Origin: an uncultured Eubacteriales bacterium
Lineage (GTDB): Bacteria > Bacillota > Clostridia > Oscillospirales > Acutalibacteraceae
Assembly: GCA_900317395.1 (NCBI GenBank)
Contig: ONGS01000061.1
Span: 1 to 52,413 of the forward strand
Length of the DNA: 52,413 bases
Direction: 5' to 3'
Shown here: positions 9,074 through 18,810 of the stretch, in pieces
How the letters are laid out: every line of letters begins with the position of its first letter
Numbering within the stretch: position 1 is the stretch's first letter
The notes under the pieces: model-generated
Seen by the model: the letters and a program-made list of their open reading frames with translations, nothing else
Database searches by the model: none
Told to the model about the DNA's origin: nothing
Made by a program: the position numbers and the translations under genes

Positions 9074-9775
9074 ATGAAAAATATACTGGTAGCAGAGGAC
9101 GAAACGGCGATCCGTGACTTCGTCGTAATTAATCTGGAAAGAGCGGGCTATAATGTCACCGAAGCCGAAAACGGTGCTGTAGCTTTGCAGAAATATGACG
9201 AGGCAGACGGAGATTTTGATATCGCAGTGCTTGACATCATGATGCCCGAAATGGATGGTCTTTCCGTTTGCAAGGAACTGAGAAAACGTAACGGCGGATT
9301 GGGTATTATCATGCTGACGGCAAAAACACAGGAAATGGACAAGGTATCGGGGCTGATGCACGGTGCAGATGACTATGTGACAAAGCCGTTCAGTCCGATG
9401 GAACTTGTCGCTCGTGTGGATGCACTTTACAGGCGTATTGCAATAGCAGAATTGAGAAGCGAAAATAATTTCAAGGAAGAGATAAAATCAGGCGATTTTG
9501 CGCTTAACTTGAAAAACCATTCGCTTAAGAAAAATGGCAAATTGATTGAGCTTACTCAGGTGGAATTTCAGATTATGGAATATTTCTTTTCCAACCCGGG
9601 AACGGCGCTTGACAGGAGTGCGATCCTCAAATACGTTTGGGGAGAACAGTATGTAGGAGAGGAAAAAATCGTTGATGTGAACATACGCCGTCTCCGAATG
9701 AAAGTTGAGGACAATCCTTCTTCACCAAAGTATATCGTAACCGTCTGGGGTCTGGGCTATAAATGGGAAGCGTAA
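9074..9775 (+). CDS. OmpR-family response regulator
   Basis: Receiver domain (ILVAEDE...DIAVLDIMMPEMDG...LTAK) plus a winged-helix C-terminus (LTQVEFQIMEYF...VWGLGYKW). AGGAGG RBS upstream of ATG 9074. Confidence 0.9.
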   Translation: MKNILVAEDETAIRDFVVINLERAGYNVTEAENGAVALQKYDEADGDFDIAVLDIMMPEMDGLSVCKELRKRNGGLGIIMLTAKTQEMDKVSGLMHGADDYVTKPFSPMELVARVDALYRRIAIAELRSENNFKEEIKSGDFALNLKNHSLKKNGKLIELTQVEFQIMEYFFSNPGTALDRSAILKYVWGEQYVGEEKIVDVNIRRLRMKVEDNPSSPKYIVTVWGLGYKWEA

Positions 9776-9790
9776 ATAATTAATTATTAT

Positions 9791-11239
9791 TTGGGGGGCA
9801 GTGTATTGAAGGGATTAACCAAACGCTGGGTGTTTAACACCTTTGCTGTTATTCTGATGATATTATGTGTTCTTATCATAGCGTTTGCGTTTATTGTGCA
9901 AAATTTTTATTACAACGGAATACGTCAGACATTGAGCGGACGTTCAAGCGAACTTGTCAATATTTTCAGCGATTATGACGACAGCTTTACCGATACCGCA
10001 AGAGAATATGTCGAGAATTTTCCTGACAAAGAACTGATGGAGCTGATGGTAATTAACAAGGATGGCAAGGCGGTGATCAATTCCACAGGCTTTACACCCG
10101 ACAACATTCAGCAGATGCCCGATTATGACGAGGCACTTCAAAACGATGATCATTTCGCCGACTGGCACGGTAAAATCAGTTCAGGCGAAAATGTCATGGC
10201 TTTGACAAGAGTTATTACTGACGCAAACAGCAAGCCCGTCGGTGCGATACGATATATGGTATCGCTGGAAGAAGCGGACAGAAAAATATTTATCTCTATT
10301 TCTCTTGTTTGTCTTGTCGGAATACTGATCATGTTTTTTATTTTCATTTCAAGCACCTATTTTCTCAGGTCGATCGTGCGGCCTGTCAGGGAAATCAGTG
10401 ATACGGCAAAGAAGATTGCACAAGGAGATTTTAATGCCAGAATCGATAAATTCTATGATGATGAAATCGGTGATCTTTGTGATACCATTAATTACATGGC
10501 AGGAGAGCTTGGAACGGCTGACAAACTAAAAAATGATTTTATTTCCTCTGTTTCCCATGAATTGCGTACACCGCTTACCGCTATCAAAGGCTGGGCAGAA
10601 ACTATGCAGATGGACGGTTTTCAGGATAAAAAAACGCTTGAAAAGGGTATGGGGATCATTATTAAGGAAACGGAACGTCTGGGCGGTATTGTGGAAGAGG
10701 TTCTCGATTTTTCAAGAATACAGCAGGACAGAATGATCCTGATTATGGATAAGGTAGATATTCTGGCGGAACTTGACGAATCTATTTATATGCAAAAGGA
10801 AAGAGCAGCAAAGGAAAACAAACATATCATCTATGAAGCACCTGAAATGCTTCCGCCAATTATTGGAGATACCAACCGTCTGCGACAGGTGTTTATCAAT
10901 ATTATCGACAATGCACTGAAATATTCATCCTCAGACGGCGTGGTCAATATCACCGTTGAGCATGTAGCAGATAATATTATTATTACGATTGCGGATAACG
11001 GATGTGGTATATCTGCGGAAGATTTGCCAAAGGTAAAACAGAAGTTCTATAAAGCAAACCAGACGGTACGAGGTTCGGGTATCGGTCTTGCGGTTGCTGA
11101 TGAAATTGTAAGGCTTCATAACGGCGAACTTGAGATTGACAGTACCGAAAATGTCGGAACAACCGTTACGATTACAATTCCGATCATCAATGAAAAGCCG
11201 ATCGAAGAACCTGAAATACCGGAGATTGAAAAGGCATAA
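9791..11239 (+). CDS. Sensor histidine kinase (2 TM, HAMP, HisKA, HATPase_c)
   Basis: H-box SHELRTPLTAI, N-box NIIDNALKYS, G-boxes DNGCGI and GSGIGLA. Start uncertain (non-ATG at 9791 or TTG 9806). Confidence 0.88.
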   Translation: MGGSVLKGLTKRWVFNTFAVILMILCVLIIAFAFIVQNFYYNGIRQTLSGRSSELVNIFSDYDDSFTDTAREYVENFPDKELMELMVINKDGKAVINSTGFTPDNIQQMPDYDEALQNDDHFADWHGKISSGENVMALTRVITDANSKPVGAIRYMVSLEEADRKIFISISLVCLVGILIMFFIFISSTYFLRSIVRPVREISDTAKKIAQGDFNARIDKFYDDEIGDLCDTINYMAGELGTADKLKNDFISSVSHELRTPLTAIKGWAETMQMDGFQDKKTLEKGMGIIIKETERLGGIVEEVLDFSRIQQDRMILIMDKVDILAELDESIYMQKERAAKENKHIIYEAPEMLPPIIGDTNRLRQVFINIIDNALKYSSSDGVVNITVEHVADNIIITIADNGCGISAEDLPKVKQKFYKANQTVRGSGIGLAVADEIVRLHNGELEIDSTENVGTTVTITIPIINEKPIEEPEIPEIEKA

Positions 11240-11271
11240 AACTCTATGAGCGATTTACAGAGGAAAATGAA

Positions 11272-11676
11272 ATGAAATTATTGAAAAGCGTATTGAGTGT
11301 TGGATTAGCTGTGTGTATCTGCTGGATAATTTCTGTGCTTGCTGTATATGCGACAGGTTCAAATCCTGCCGATATCAGTGAACAGGAAAGCGATGCCTTC
11401 TCAAAGGAAGAAGAAAGCGAAACGTTAGAACCGGAAACGGGCATAGCAGAAGAACCGTATGCTGTGGAAGATTATGTTTATGAGGAATCGGAGATTGAAT
11501 CGGGAATGTTTCCCAGGATAGGGGATTACTCCGGTTATGACCCGCAAGATGAATCTGTTGTGATGGAAAGAAAGAGAGTAAATGATATTATTGCAGTAAT
11601 CATTGCTGTTGTGTTTACCGCAGGTGTGGTCGCTCTGATTGTTTCAGTGAAGAAAAAGAAAGGCGAGAAGGAATGA
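11272..11676 (+). CDS. Secreted/anchored acidic protein (hypothetical)
   Basis: 134 aa with an N-terminal signal-like helix, an E/D-rich middle and a C-terminal TM plus KKKK anchor. Overlaps the next gene by 4 nt. Confidence 0.55.
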   Translation: MKLLKSVLSVGLAVCICWIISVLAVYATGSNPADISEQESDAFSKEEESETLEPETGIAEEPYAVEDYVYEESEIESGMFPRIGDYSGYDPQDESVVMERKRVNDIIAVIIAVVFTAGVVALIVSVKKKKGEKE

Positions 11677-12650
11677 AAAAAGAGAAAACGAAACTGATTA
11701 CGTCAATCGGCGGTCAGGCCTTGATGGAAGGCATAATGATGAGAGGTCCGAAAAAGACCACCGTTGCTGTAAGAAAATATGACGGTTCGATCGAACTTGA
11801 AGAAATTCAGCCGCTGAATTGGGCAAAAAAGCATAAAATTTTAAGGCTGCCCTTGATCAGGGGTGTTGTCAATATGATCGATTCGCTTGTTACAGGCGAA
11901 AAAGCACTGATGCTTTCGGCGGACAAGGCATTGGAGGGAGAGGACGACCCTGATGAACAGCCGTCAAAGCTTGATGTATGGCTTGACAAGCATTTCGGAG
12001 ATAAAATTATCAATATTATCATGGTGTTCTCTACCGTTCTGGCAGTAGCTTTTTGTATTGCGGTGTTTTATTTTCTTCCTACTGTGTTGTTTGATCTGAC
12101 AGCAGGTTGGCTCACCTTTATGAATGAGCCGGTTCTCGGCATGGAGCGATTTTGGCAGTCAGCATTCGAGGGTATTATCAGAATCATACTGTTCCTTGTG
12201 TATATGTGCCTCTGCACGCTGAATAAAGATATTAAGCGTGTGTTTCAATATCACGGGGCGGAGCACAAAACCATCTTCTGCTATGAATACGGTCTTGATT
12301 TGACAGTTGAAAATGTAAGAAAACAGATACGTTTTCACCCTCGCTGTGGCACAAGTTTTATGGTGCTGATGTTGATTGTGGGAATCATTATTGGATTGTT
12401 TATACCGGTAAACCACCCGATCATACGTCCGGTGATAAAATTTCTTCTTCTTCCTCTGACTGTAGGTATCGGTTATGAGCTAATCAAAATCTGCGGCAGG
12501 CATGATAACATTATTACAAGAATTATCGCTGCTCCCGGCGTATGGATGCAGCATATCACCACAAAAGAGCCTACTGACGATATGATAGAGGTGGCAATTA
12601 AATCTATGGAGGATGTTATCCCCGAAAACGGCGAGGACAGGATCGCATGA
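11673..12650 (+). CDS. DUF1385-family membrane protein (YqhQ-like, prmC-associated)
   Basis: YHGAEHK motif, MEGIMMRG N-terminus, several TM helices. Its 4-nt overlap with prmC is typical of this family. Confidence 0.8.
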   Translation: MKKEKTKLITSIGGQALMEGIMMRGPKKTTVAVRKYDGSIELEEIQPLNWAKKHKILRLPLIRGVVNMIDSLVTGEKALMLSADKALEGEDDPDEQPSKLDVWLDKHFGDKIINIIMVFSTVLAVAFCIAVFYFLPTVLFDLTAGWLTFMNEPVLGMERFWQSAFEGIIRIILFLVYMCLCTLNKDIKRVFQYHGAEHKTIFCYEYGLDLTVENVRKQIRFHPRCGTSFMVLMLIVGIIIGLFIPVNHPIIRPVIKFLLLPLTVGIGYELIKICGRHDNIITRIIAAPGVWMQHITTKEPTDDMIEVAIKSMEDVIPENGEDRIA

Positions 12651-13501
12651 CTTATGGTGAAATATACAAAAAGGCAGTCAGTATTCTGACGGACAGCGGC
12701 TGTGATTCTCCCGAATATGATGTGCGTTGTATGATGGAATATGATTTCGGACTTGAGAAAAATTCGTTTTTCAGCGAGCGTAACAGTACAGCCGACAGCA
12801 GGGAAGAGAAGAAATTTTTTCGTGACATACAAAAACGGGCTGAGGGATATCCATTGCAGTATATTCTTGAAGGCTGGAGCTTTATGGACTGTGAATTGTC
12901 GGTAGGGGAAGGCGTTCTGATCCCGAGAGATGATACAGAAGTGTGTGTGCGGGAATGTATGCACTTGATCAATGAAAAGGGGATAATTGCGCCTGTAATT
13001 ATCGATTTATGCAGCGGCAGCGGCGCAATAGCGATAGCTTTGGCGAAAAAATACCCGAAGGCACAAATTTTTGCCGTGGAGTTTTCGGATCGTGCATATG
13101 AATTTCTTTGTGAAAATATTGATCGGAATGAAGCACGGAATGTATATCCGCTGAATAAAGATATTTTTGATTGTTATTCTGAATTTGAGGACGGCTATTT
13201 TGATGTGATTATTTCTAATCCGCCTTACATCAGAACCGATGAAATACCGACACTCCAGAAAGAAGTACAATTTGAGCCGAAAATGGCGCTTGACGGAGGA
13301 AGGGATGGGTTGGAATTTTACCGTATCATTTCCGAAAAATGGTTTTCTAAGCTGAAAAACGGTGGTATTGTTTCGTTGGAAATCGGAGAAGAACAAGGAA
13401 AGTCCGTTTCCTTAATGCTGGAAAATGCAGGAATGAAACGTGTACAGATCCTGAAAGATTTGGGCGATCTTGACAGAGCTGTTGTCGGTCAAAATCTATA
13501 G
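12647..13501 (+). CDS. prmC: Release-factor glutamine N5-methyltransferase
   Basis: NPPY motif (ISNPPYI), SAM motif DLCSGSGAIA, PLQYILG-like PLQYILEG. Confidence 0.9.
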   Translation: MTYGEIYKKAVSILTDSGCDSPEYDVRCMMEYDFGLEKNSFFSERNSTADSREEKKFFRDIQKRAEGYPLQYILEGWSFMDCELSVGEGVLIPRDDTEVCVRECMHLINEKGIIAPVIIDLCSGSGAIAIALAKKYPKAQIFAVEFSDRAYEFLCENIDRNEARNVYPLNKDIFDCYSEFEDGYFDVIISNPPYIRTDEIPTLQKEVQFEPKMALDGGRDGLEFYRIISEKWFSKLKNGGIVSLEIGEEQGKSVSLMLENAGMKRVQILKDLGDLDRAVVGQNL

Positions 13502-13684
13502 AGAACTCTATGATTTTACAGTCAGTCAAAAAATACAATTATTCTTGTGTATTATGTCCATAGAATTTTACCGAATTATTGCATATAATATAAATACATG
13601 ATATAGTCTTTATTTATCGTATTATAATGACGTGTGACGGTTCTGACACGTCGGTAAAAAATAGTGACCGAGCGATGAAAAGAC

Positions 13685-13718
13685 AATAGGGTTGCTCTTT
13701 ATGGGCAACCCTATTTTA
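13685..13718 (+). terminator. Rho-independent terminator 184 nt downstream of prmC
   Basis: AATAGGGTTGC-N9-GCAACCCTATT followed by TTT. Confidence 0.75.
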
Positions 13719-13814
13719 ATGTATCAGAATCACAGCGTTTCCTGAATTCTGACTACTTTTAGTTACATATACAATAAATTGTACATATATTACTTTCGTG
13801 AATTTGGATGGTAC

Positions 13815-13843
13815 TTGCAATTCTATACAAAAAAATGTATAAT
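13815..13843 (+). promoter_or_regulatory. recA promoter
   Basis: TTGCAA, 17-nt spacer, TATAAT with TG immediately upstream. Confidence 0.6.
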
Positions 13844-13887
13844 GATAGTATTAAATAAATCTATAGTCGTTGAAAGGATTGAAATTT

Positions 13888-15051
13888 ATGGCGATCGATA
13901 AGGAAAAAGCGCTTGAAACGGCGCTTCATCAGATAGAAAAACAGTTCGGTAAGGGTGCAGTTATGCGTCTGGGTCAGAATGCGGCTATGCAGGTCGATTC
14001 TATCCCGACAGGTTCGCTGTCGCTTGATATGGCACTCGGAATAGGCGGTCTGCCGAAGGGAAGAATTGTTGAAATTTATGGTCCTGAATCTTCGGGTAAA
14101 ACAACGCTTGCACTTCACTGTATTGCCGAAGCACAGAAAAAGGGCGGCTATGCTGCGTTTATCGATGTAGAACACGCTCTTGACCCGATCTATGCAAAGG
14201 CTCTCGGTGTTGATATTGATTCGCTTTTGGTTTCTCAGCCCGATACAGGTGAGGACGCTCTTGAAATTGCCGAAGCACTTGTGCGTTCAGGTGCGATCGA
14301 CATTATCGTTGTGGACTCGGTAGCGGCTCTTGCACCGAAGGCGGAAATTGAAGGCGATATGGGTGCGGCTCATGTAGGCTTGCAGGCAAGACTGATGTCA
14401 CAGGCACTCAGAAAGCTGGCGGGTTCAATTTCCAAGCTGAACTGCGTGGCAATTTTCATCAACCAGTTGCGTGAAAAAGTCGGAATCCTGTTCGGCAATC
14501 CCGAAACAACTCCCGGCGGACGTGCACTGAAATTCTATGCTTCCGTTCGTATCGATATCCGTAAGATCGATACGTTGAAAGTTGGAGGCGAGGTTGTAGG
14601 CTCAAGAACAAGAGCAAAGGTGGTAAAAAATAAAATAGCACCTCCGTTCCGTGAGGCAGAATTTGATATTATGTACGGTCAGGGGATTTCAAGGGTTGGC
14701 GAGCTGCTTGACCTTGCGGTTCAGCTTGATATTATCAAAAAGAGCGGCGCATGGTTCTCATATGATGGCAACCGTATCGGACAGGGAAGAGACAATGCTA
14801 AGGAATTCCTGAAAAATAATCCTGAAATTGCACAGAAGGCGGAAGATGAGCTTATGGCAAATAAGGATAAGCTGACCTTTACAAGGCAAAGCTCTAAAAA
14901 GACTACCAAAAAGGCTGCTGTCGCTGAAACCGAGGCACCGGCAGTGGAAGAACGTCCTGCAACAAAGCCTGCTGAAGAAACACCTGCGGCTGCGCCCGAA
15001 GAAGCAAAGGGACGTACATCCGATGCCGATATCGACATAATGGTGGACTGA
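13888..15051 (+). CDS. recA: Recombinase RecA (with long low-complexity C-terminal tail)
   Basis: Walker [10 protein letters not shown] plus the full RecA core ([22 protein letters not shown]). Start at ATG 13888. Confidence 0.97.
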   Translation: MAIDKEKALETALHQIEKQFGKGAVMRLGQNAAMQVDSIPTGSLSLDMALGIGGLPKGRIVEIYGPESSGKTTLALHCIAEAQKKGGYAAFIDVEHALDPIYAKALGVDIDSLLVSQPDTGEDALEIAEALVRSGAIDIIVVDSVAALAPKAEIEGDMGAAHVGLQARLMSQALRKLAGSISKLNCVAIFINQLREKVGILFGNPETTPGGRALKFYASVRIDIRKIDTLKVGGEVVGSRTRAKVVKNKIAPPFREAEFDIMYGQGISRVGELLDLAVQLDIIKKSGAWFSYDGNRIGQGRDNAKEFLKNNPEIAQKAEDELMANKDKLTFTRQSSKKTTKKAAVAETEAPAVEERPATKPAEETPAAAPEEAKGRTSDADIDIMVD

Positions 15052-15052
15052 T

Positions 15053-15655
15053 ATGCTGATTACGGCGGTTGAAGAGAGAAAAAAAGGCATGAGTGCTCTT
15101 TTTATAGACGGTGAATATGCGGTCAGCATAGACACCGTCACGCTCATTTCATCAGGGAAAAAAACAGGTTCGGATATTACGGATGAAGAGTTATATGAGC
15201 TGATTGAAAAATCCAAGATAAACAGAGCGAAAGAAAAGGCACTGTACCTGATTGAATACAGGGCAAGAACCCGGAAGGAAATCACCGACAAGCTGATTCC
15301 GCTTTACGGAGAAAATGCTGCGGAGCTTGCTGTGGAGCGGCTTGAAGAACTTGGTTTAATCGACGATGAAGCTTTTGCAAAAGAATATGCAGAGCAGCTT
15401 CTGACAAAAAGAAAGTATTCTGTCAAAAGAGCGGCCTATGAAATGCAGAAAAAGGGCATAGACCGTGACCTTATCGATGAAATACTGGAAGAGATGGAGC
15501 CGGACCCTATTGAGCAGATCGTTTCTCTGTTGGAAACGAAATATGCACGTTATCTTGACGATGAAAAGGGAATAGCGAGAGCCGTTAACGGACTGAAATC
15601 TATGGGGTACGGCTGGTATGATATAAAAGAAGCGATGGCGGAGTTTACAGAATGA
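15053..15655 (+). CDS. recX: RecA regulator RecX
   Basis: 200-aa helical-repeat protein immediately after recA. Contains KALYLIEYRARTRKEI and KRKYSVKRAAYEMQKKGI patterns. Confidence 0.8.
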   Translation: MLITAVEERKKGMSALFIDGEYAVSIDTVTLISSGKKTGSDITDEELYELIEKSKINRAKEKALYLIEYRARTRKEITDKLIPLYGENAAELAVERLEELGLIDDEAFAKEYAEQLLTKRKYSVKRAAYEMQKKGIDRDLIDEILEEMEPDPIEQIVSLLETKYARYLDDEKGIARAVNGLKSMGYGWYDIKEAMAEFTE

Positions 15656-15686
15656 AATTTTGTCAGCGAAAGGATGAATATGATAA

Positions 15687-17018
15687 ATGGCTGTAAAGGT
15701 CGGAATGGTCAGCTTAGGTTGTTCAAAGAACAGAGTTGACGGAGAAATGATACTGTACAATTTGCGTGAGGCAGGTTTTGAACTTGTGCAGAATGTGGAA
15801 CACAGTGATGTGGCGATTGTCAACACCTGTGGATTTATTGAGGATGCCAAAAAGGAAAGTATTGATGAAATACTGGAACTTGCACGGCTGAAAAAAGAGG
15901 GCACGATAAAGGCAATTATTGTGACAGGGTGTCTGGCAGAACGATACAAAGGCGAGGTAATGAAAGAACTGTATGAAGTTGATGCTGTTGTCGGAATTGG
16001 CGGTAACAAAAATATTGCCGATGTCATCAATAAAACACTGGTGAAACAGAAAACAGAGCTTTTCCCAGAAAAAACCGAGCTTCCGCTTTGCGGCGGCAGA
16101 GTTCGTTCAACACCGTTTTATTATTCCTATCTCAAAATCGCCGAAGGCTGCGATAATCACTGCACCTATTGTGCAATACCTATGATAAGAGGAAAATTCC
16201 GCAGCAGACCGATGGAGGATATTTTGAGAGAGGCGGAAGAGCTGAGCGAAAAGGGTGTTAAGGAATTCATTATTATTGCTCAGGATACATCACGATACGG
16301 AGAGGATTTTGGGGGAAAATCACTTCTGCCCGAGCTTCTCAGAAAATTATGCGCCTTGGAAAAACTGCAATACATAAGGGTACTCTATTGTTATCCTGAA
16401 AGAATTACCGACGAGTTAATAGAAGTAATGGCAACAGAACCAAAAATTCTGAAATACATTGATATTCCGATGCAGCACTGTAACGGCAGGATTCTGAAAC
16501 TGATGAACAGAAAAGGCGACAGAAAATCCCTGACTGAACTTGTGGATCGTTTGCGTAAAGAGATACCGGGAATCACCATTAGAACGACCTTCATGACGGG
16601 TTTTCCGAGTGAGACTAAAGAAGAATTTACCGAGTTATCCGAATTTGTGGAAGAAATGCGTTTTGAGCGCATGGGATGCTTTGCCTACTCCATAGAAGAA
16701 GATACACCTGCTGCTAAAATGAAAGACCAGATCGACGAAGATGTTAAACGCCGCCGTCAGGAGATCATTATGGAACAGCAAAGCCGTATTATGGCGGAAA
16801 ACACACGCAGGTACATAAATAAACGCATCAATGTTTTGTGTGAAGGCTATGACAGACAGACGGAATGTTATTTTGGCAGAAGTGCCGCCGATGCTCCCGA
16901 GGTCGATGCAAGGGTATATTTTATCAGCGGTGACAAAAAGCCGAGAATCGGCGATGTTGTCCGTGTCGCTATTAGCGACTCTCTCGACTGCGACCTGATG
17001 GGAACAATTGATAATTAA
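15687..17018 (+). CDS. rimO: Ribosomal protein S12 methylthiotransferase
   Basis: MVSLGCSKNRVDGE N-terminus, radical-SAM CDNHCTYC, TRAM C-terminus. Confidence 0.9.
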   Translation: MAVKVGMVSLGCSKNRVDGEMILYNLREAGFELVQNVEHSDVAIVNTCGFIEDAKKESIDEILELARLKKEGTIKAIIVTGCLAERYKGEVMKELYEVDAVVGIGGNKNIADVINKTLVKQKTELFPEKTELPLCGGRVRSTPFYYSYLKIAEGCDNHCTYCAIPMIRGKFRSRPMEDILREAEELSEKGVKEFIIIAQDTSRYGEDFGGKSLLPELLRKLCALEKLQYIRVLYCYPERITDELIEVMATEPKILKYIDIPMQHCNGRILKLMNRKGDRKSLTELVDRLRKEIPGITIRTTFMTGFPSETKEEFTELSEFVEEMRFERMGCFAYSIEEDTPAAKMKDQIDEDVKRRRQEIIMEQQSRIMAENTRRYINKRINVLCEGYDRQTECYFGRSAADAPEVDARVYFISGDKKPRIGDVVRVAISDSLDCDLMGTIDN

Positions 17019-17077
17019 TAATGGTGGTTCGCTTTGGCAAGCCAAAGCGGTATTATAGAAGAAAAAGGGGAAATGTT

Positions 17078-17671
17078 ATGAACCTTCCAAATAAACTAAC
17101 GGTGTTGAGAATCATTCTTGTACCGTTTTACATATTCTTTCTGCTTATGCCGGGCATACAACATCATTACCTGATAGCATTGGCGATTTTTGGTATTGCA
17201 TCATATACAGATCATCTGGACGGAAAAATTGCAAGAAAATATAATATGATTACCGACTTTGGTAAATTTGCCGATCCTTTGGCCGATAAAATAATGATAC
17301 TGGCAGCGTTGGCTTGTTTTATACAACTAGGGCTGACTAATGCAGTTGTTATTACTGTTGTAGTGTCAAGAGAATTTATGGTAACAGCAATTCGTCTGGT
17401 GGCTTCTGCAAAAGGTAAAGTTGTTGCTGCCAACAACTGGGGAAAGGCAAAAACAATCAGCCAGATCGCAGCTGTACTCCTTGTTATGCTATTACAATAT
17501 GTACTGGAATTGAACAGTATGAATATAATCAAACTGCAAAATGTTGCTGATTTGACCAATGCTTTTAATATTATCGGAGAAGCGGCAATATGGATCTCTG
17601 TTCTTTTTACAGTTATTTCAGGCGTGATTTATATGGTGCAGAATTTTGAATTCATTAAAAATGCAAAATAA
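17078..17671 (+). CDS. pgsA: CDP-diacylglycerol--glycerol-3-phosphate 3-phosphatidyltransferase
   Basis: CDP-alcohol phosphatidyltransferase motif DHLDGKIARK...GKFADPLADK. Start at ATG 17078 with an AAGGGGA RBS. Confidence 0.88.
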   Translation: MNLPNKLTVLRIILVPFYIFFLLMPGIQHHYLIALAIFGIASYTDHLDGKIARKYNMITDFGKFADPLADKIMILAALACFIQLGLTNAVVITVVVSREFMVTAIRLVASAKGKVVAANNWGKAKTISQIAAVLLVMLLQYVLELNSMNIIKLQNVADLTNAFNIIGEAAIWISVLFTVISGVIYMVQNFEFIKNAK

Positions 17672-17752
17672 GAGACTTTGAGTCAGGAATGAGTCCCGAA
17701 AACACAAGCGACCCATATTTCTGAAAAATATTACTGAAATTGAAAATAATAC

Positions 17753-17781
17753 TTGAAAATTCATTTGAGATGTGTTATAAT
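17753..17781 (+). promoter_or_regulatory. rplS promoter
   Basis: TTGAAA, 17-nt spacer, TATAAT with an upstream TGT. Confidence 0.6.
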
Positions 17782-17789
17782 ATTTAAGT

Positions 17790-17880
17790 CTTTGAAACCG
17801 TCACTTGTGATGGGGTTCAAAGCTCGGATGATGATCCGTACTTTGAAACGGACAGTCCTCTGCACCAATCGGTCGCAAGA
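17790..17880 (+). promoter_or_regulatory. Structured rplS 5' leader (possible L19 autoregulatory leader)
   Basis: Hairpins CTTTGAAACC...GGTTCAAAG, CGGAT..ATCCG and CCGT..ACGG lie between the promoter and the RBS. L19 leaders are known in Firmicutes, but I cannot align this one to the Rfam model here. Confidence 0.4.
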
Positions 17881-17907
17881 ATGTCTATAATAACAGGAGG
17901 AATAAAC

Positions 17908-18252
17908 ATGGACGCATTAAAATCAATTGCAGCTTCTTCTATTAAAGCTGAAAAACCTGAATTCAACATCGGTGATACAGTACGTGTAAGCGTAAATATC
18001 CGTGAAGGCGACAGAGAAAGAATTCAGATGTTCGAGGGTACAGTGATCGCTCGTAGAGGCAGCGGTGTTGCTGAGACATTTACAGTTCGCCGTCTTTCAT
18101 ACGGTGTAGGTGTTGAGAGAGTTTTCCCAATCAACTCCCCGAATGTTGTTGATGTAAAGGTTGTCAGAAGCGGTAAAGTTCGCAGAAGCAAGCTTTATTA
18201 TCTCCGTGGTAGAGTCGGTAAGGCTGCCAAGGTTAAAGAGCAAATCAAATAA
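17908..18252 (+). CDS. rplS: 50S ribosomal protein L19
   Basis: FNIGDTVRV...[19 protein letters not shown]...FTVRR is the L19 signature. AGGAGG RBS present. Confidence 0.97.
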   Translation: MDALKSIAASSIKAEKPEFNIGDTVRVSVNIREGDRERIQMFEGTVIARRGSGVAETFTVRRLSYGVGVERVFPINSPNVVDVKVVRSGKVRRSKLYYLRGRVGKAAKVKEQIK

Positions 18253-18261
18253 TTACCATAA

Positions 18262-18286
18262 AAAGGGACGTATTGTCCCTTTTTTG
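18262..18286 (+). terminator. Rho-independent terminator
   Basis: AAGGGAC-N5-GTCCCTT followed by a T-run. Confidence 0.8.
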
Positions 18287-18312
18287 CTACCTGCCGTGGA
18301 GGAAGGCACAAA

Positions 18313-18792
18313 ATGAAACACGCTAAAAAGCATCATTCTGTCATGCAAAATTATATAGATTTGTCTGACTGTCTGGCAGTAGGCAGAAGTGCGTTGGGCT
18401 TTATATATGTGGTTATTGCTGCTGTTCTGATTTTTACTTGCTTCTTTCATGCTTTTTTCGCCGTGAAACAGATGGAGAATATCAGGCTGAAAGGCAATGA
18501 AACGGAAGTCGTTGTTAGCAGAAGAAGAACAGCTCCCGAAAAGGGTGATATCATTCTTTTGAAAAATGGCGAAGTCTGTAAGGTTTTAGTTGCAGGCGGC
18601 GAAGAATTCATGCAGGGTGGGATCACCATGGAAATTGAAGAAGGGCTGATTCTTGTGGCAGTGCCGAATGAAGACGGAAGCGTTTCTAATAAAACTGTGC
18701 CCGAGGAAGATGCAGACGGCAAAATATATTTTATTATATCTCCACTTAGCTGTTTCGGTGACGACCCCGAAAGGCTTTTGCAAAAAAAATAA
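18313..18792 (+). CDS. Degenerate signal-peptidase-I-like membrane protein (no catalytic Ser motif)
   Basis: One TM, then GDIILL, CKVLVAGGEE and GKIYFIISPLSCFG. These parallel lepB GDIVVV, IKRVIATEGQ and GKAEIRIYPLAEFG in the next gene, but no SxSMxPT-type motif is present. Confidence 0.55.
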   Translation: MKHAKKHHSVMQNYIDLSDCLAVGRSALGFIYVVIAAVLIFTCFFHAFFAVKQMENIRLKGNETEVVVSRRRTAPEKGDIILLKNGEVCKVLVAGGEEFMQGGITMEIEEGLILVAVPNEDGSVSNKTVPEEDADGKIYFIISPLSCFGDDPERLLQKK

Positions 18793-18810
18793 TCGGGAAA
18801 GGGTGTTAAT

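Noticed and set aside
13782-13791. Shared 10-mer TACATATATT upstream of recA (13782-13791, +) and upstream of the S24-repressor promoter (47591-47600, -) as a possible divergent SOS box.
   Set aside because: It is an AT-rich 10-mer in AT-rich intergenic DNA, not palindromic, and at different distances from the two -35 elements (24 against 5 nt). It could easily be chance. It needs a genome-wide motif analysis before being taken seriously.
15356-16030. Long antisense ORFs opposite well-supported genes. Examples: 15356..16030 (224 aa), 27766..28530 (254 aa), 26684..27361 (225 aa), 37347..38078 (243 aa), 21683..22339 (218 aa), 25104..25712 (202 aa), 7211..7798, 12473..12964, 14758..15291, 20752..21285, 18447..18929.
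   Set aside because: Each lies entirely or largely inside a gene on the other strand whose product has unmistakable family motifs (recX/rimO, clpX, clpP, TetR, dipeptidase, tig and others). Their translations are low-complexity (S/F/I/L-rich), and I saw no RBS. They are typical shadow ORFs.
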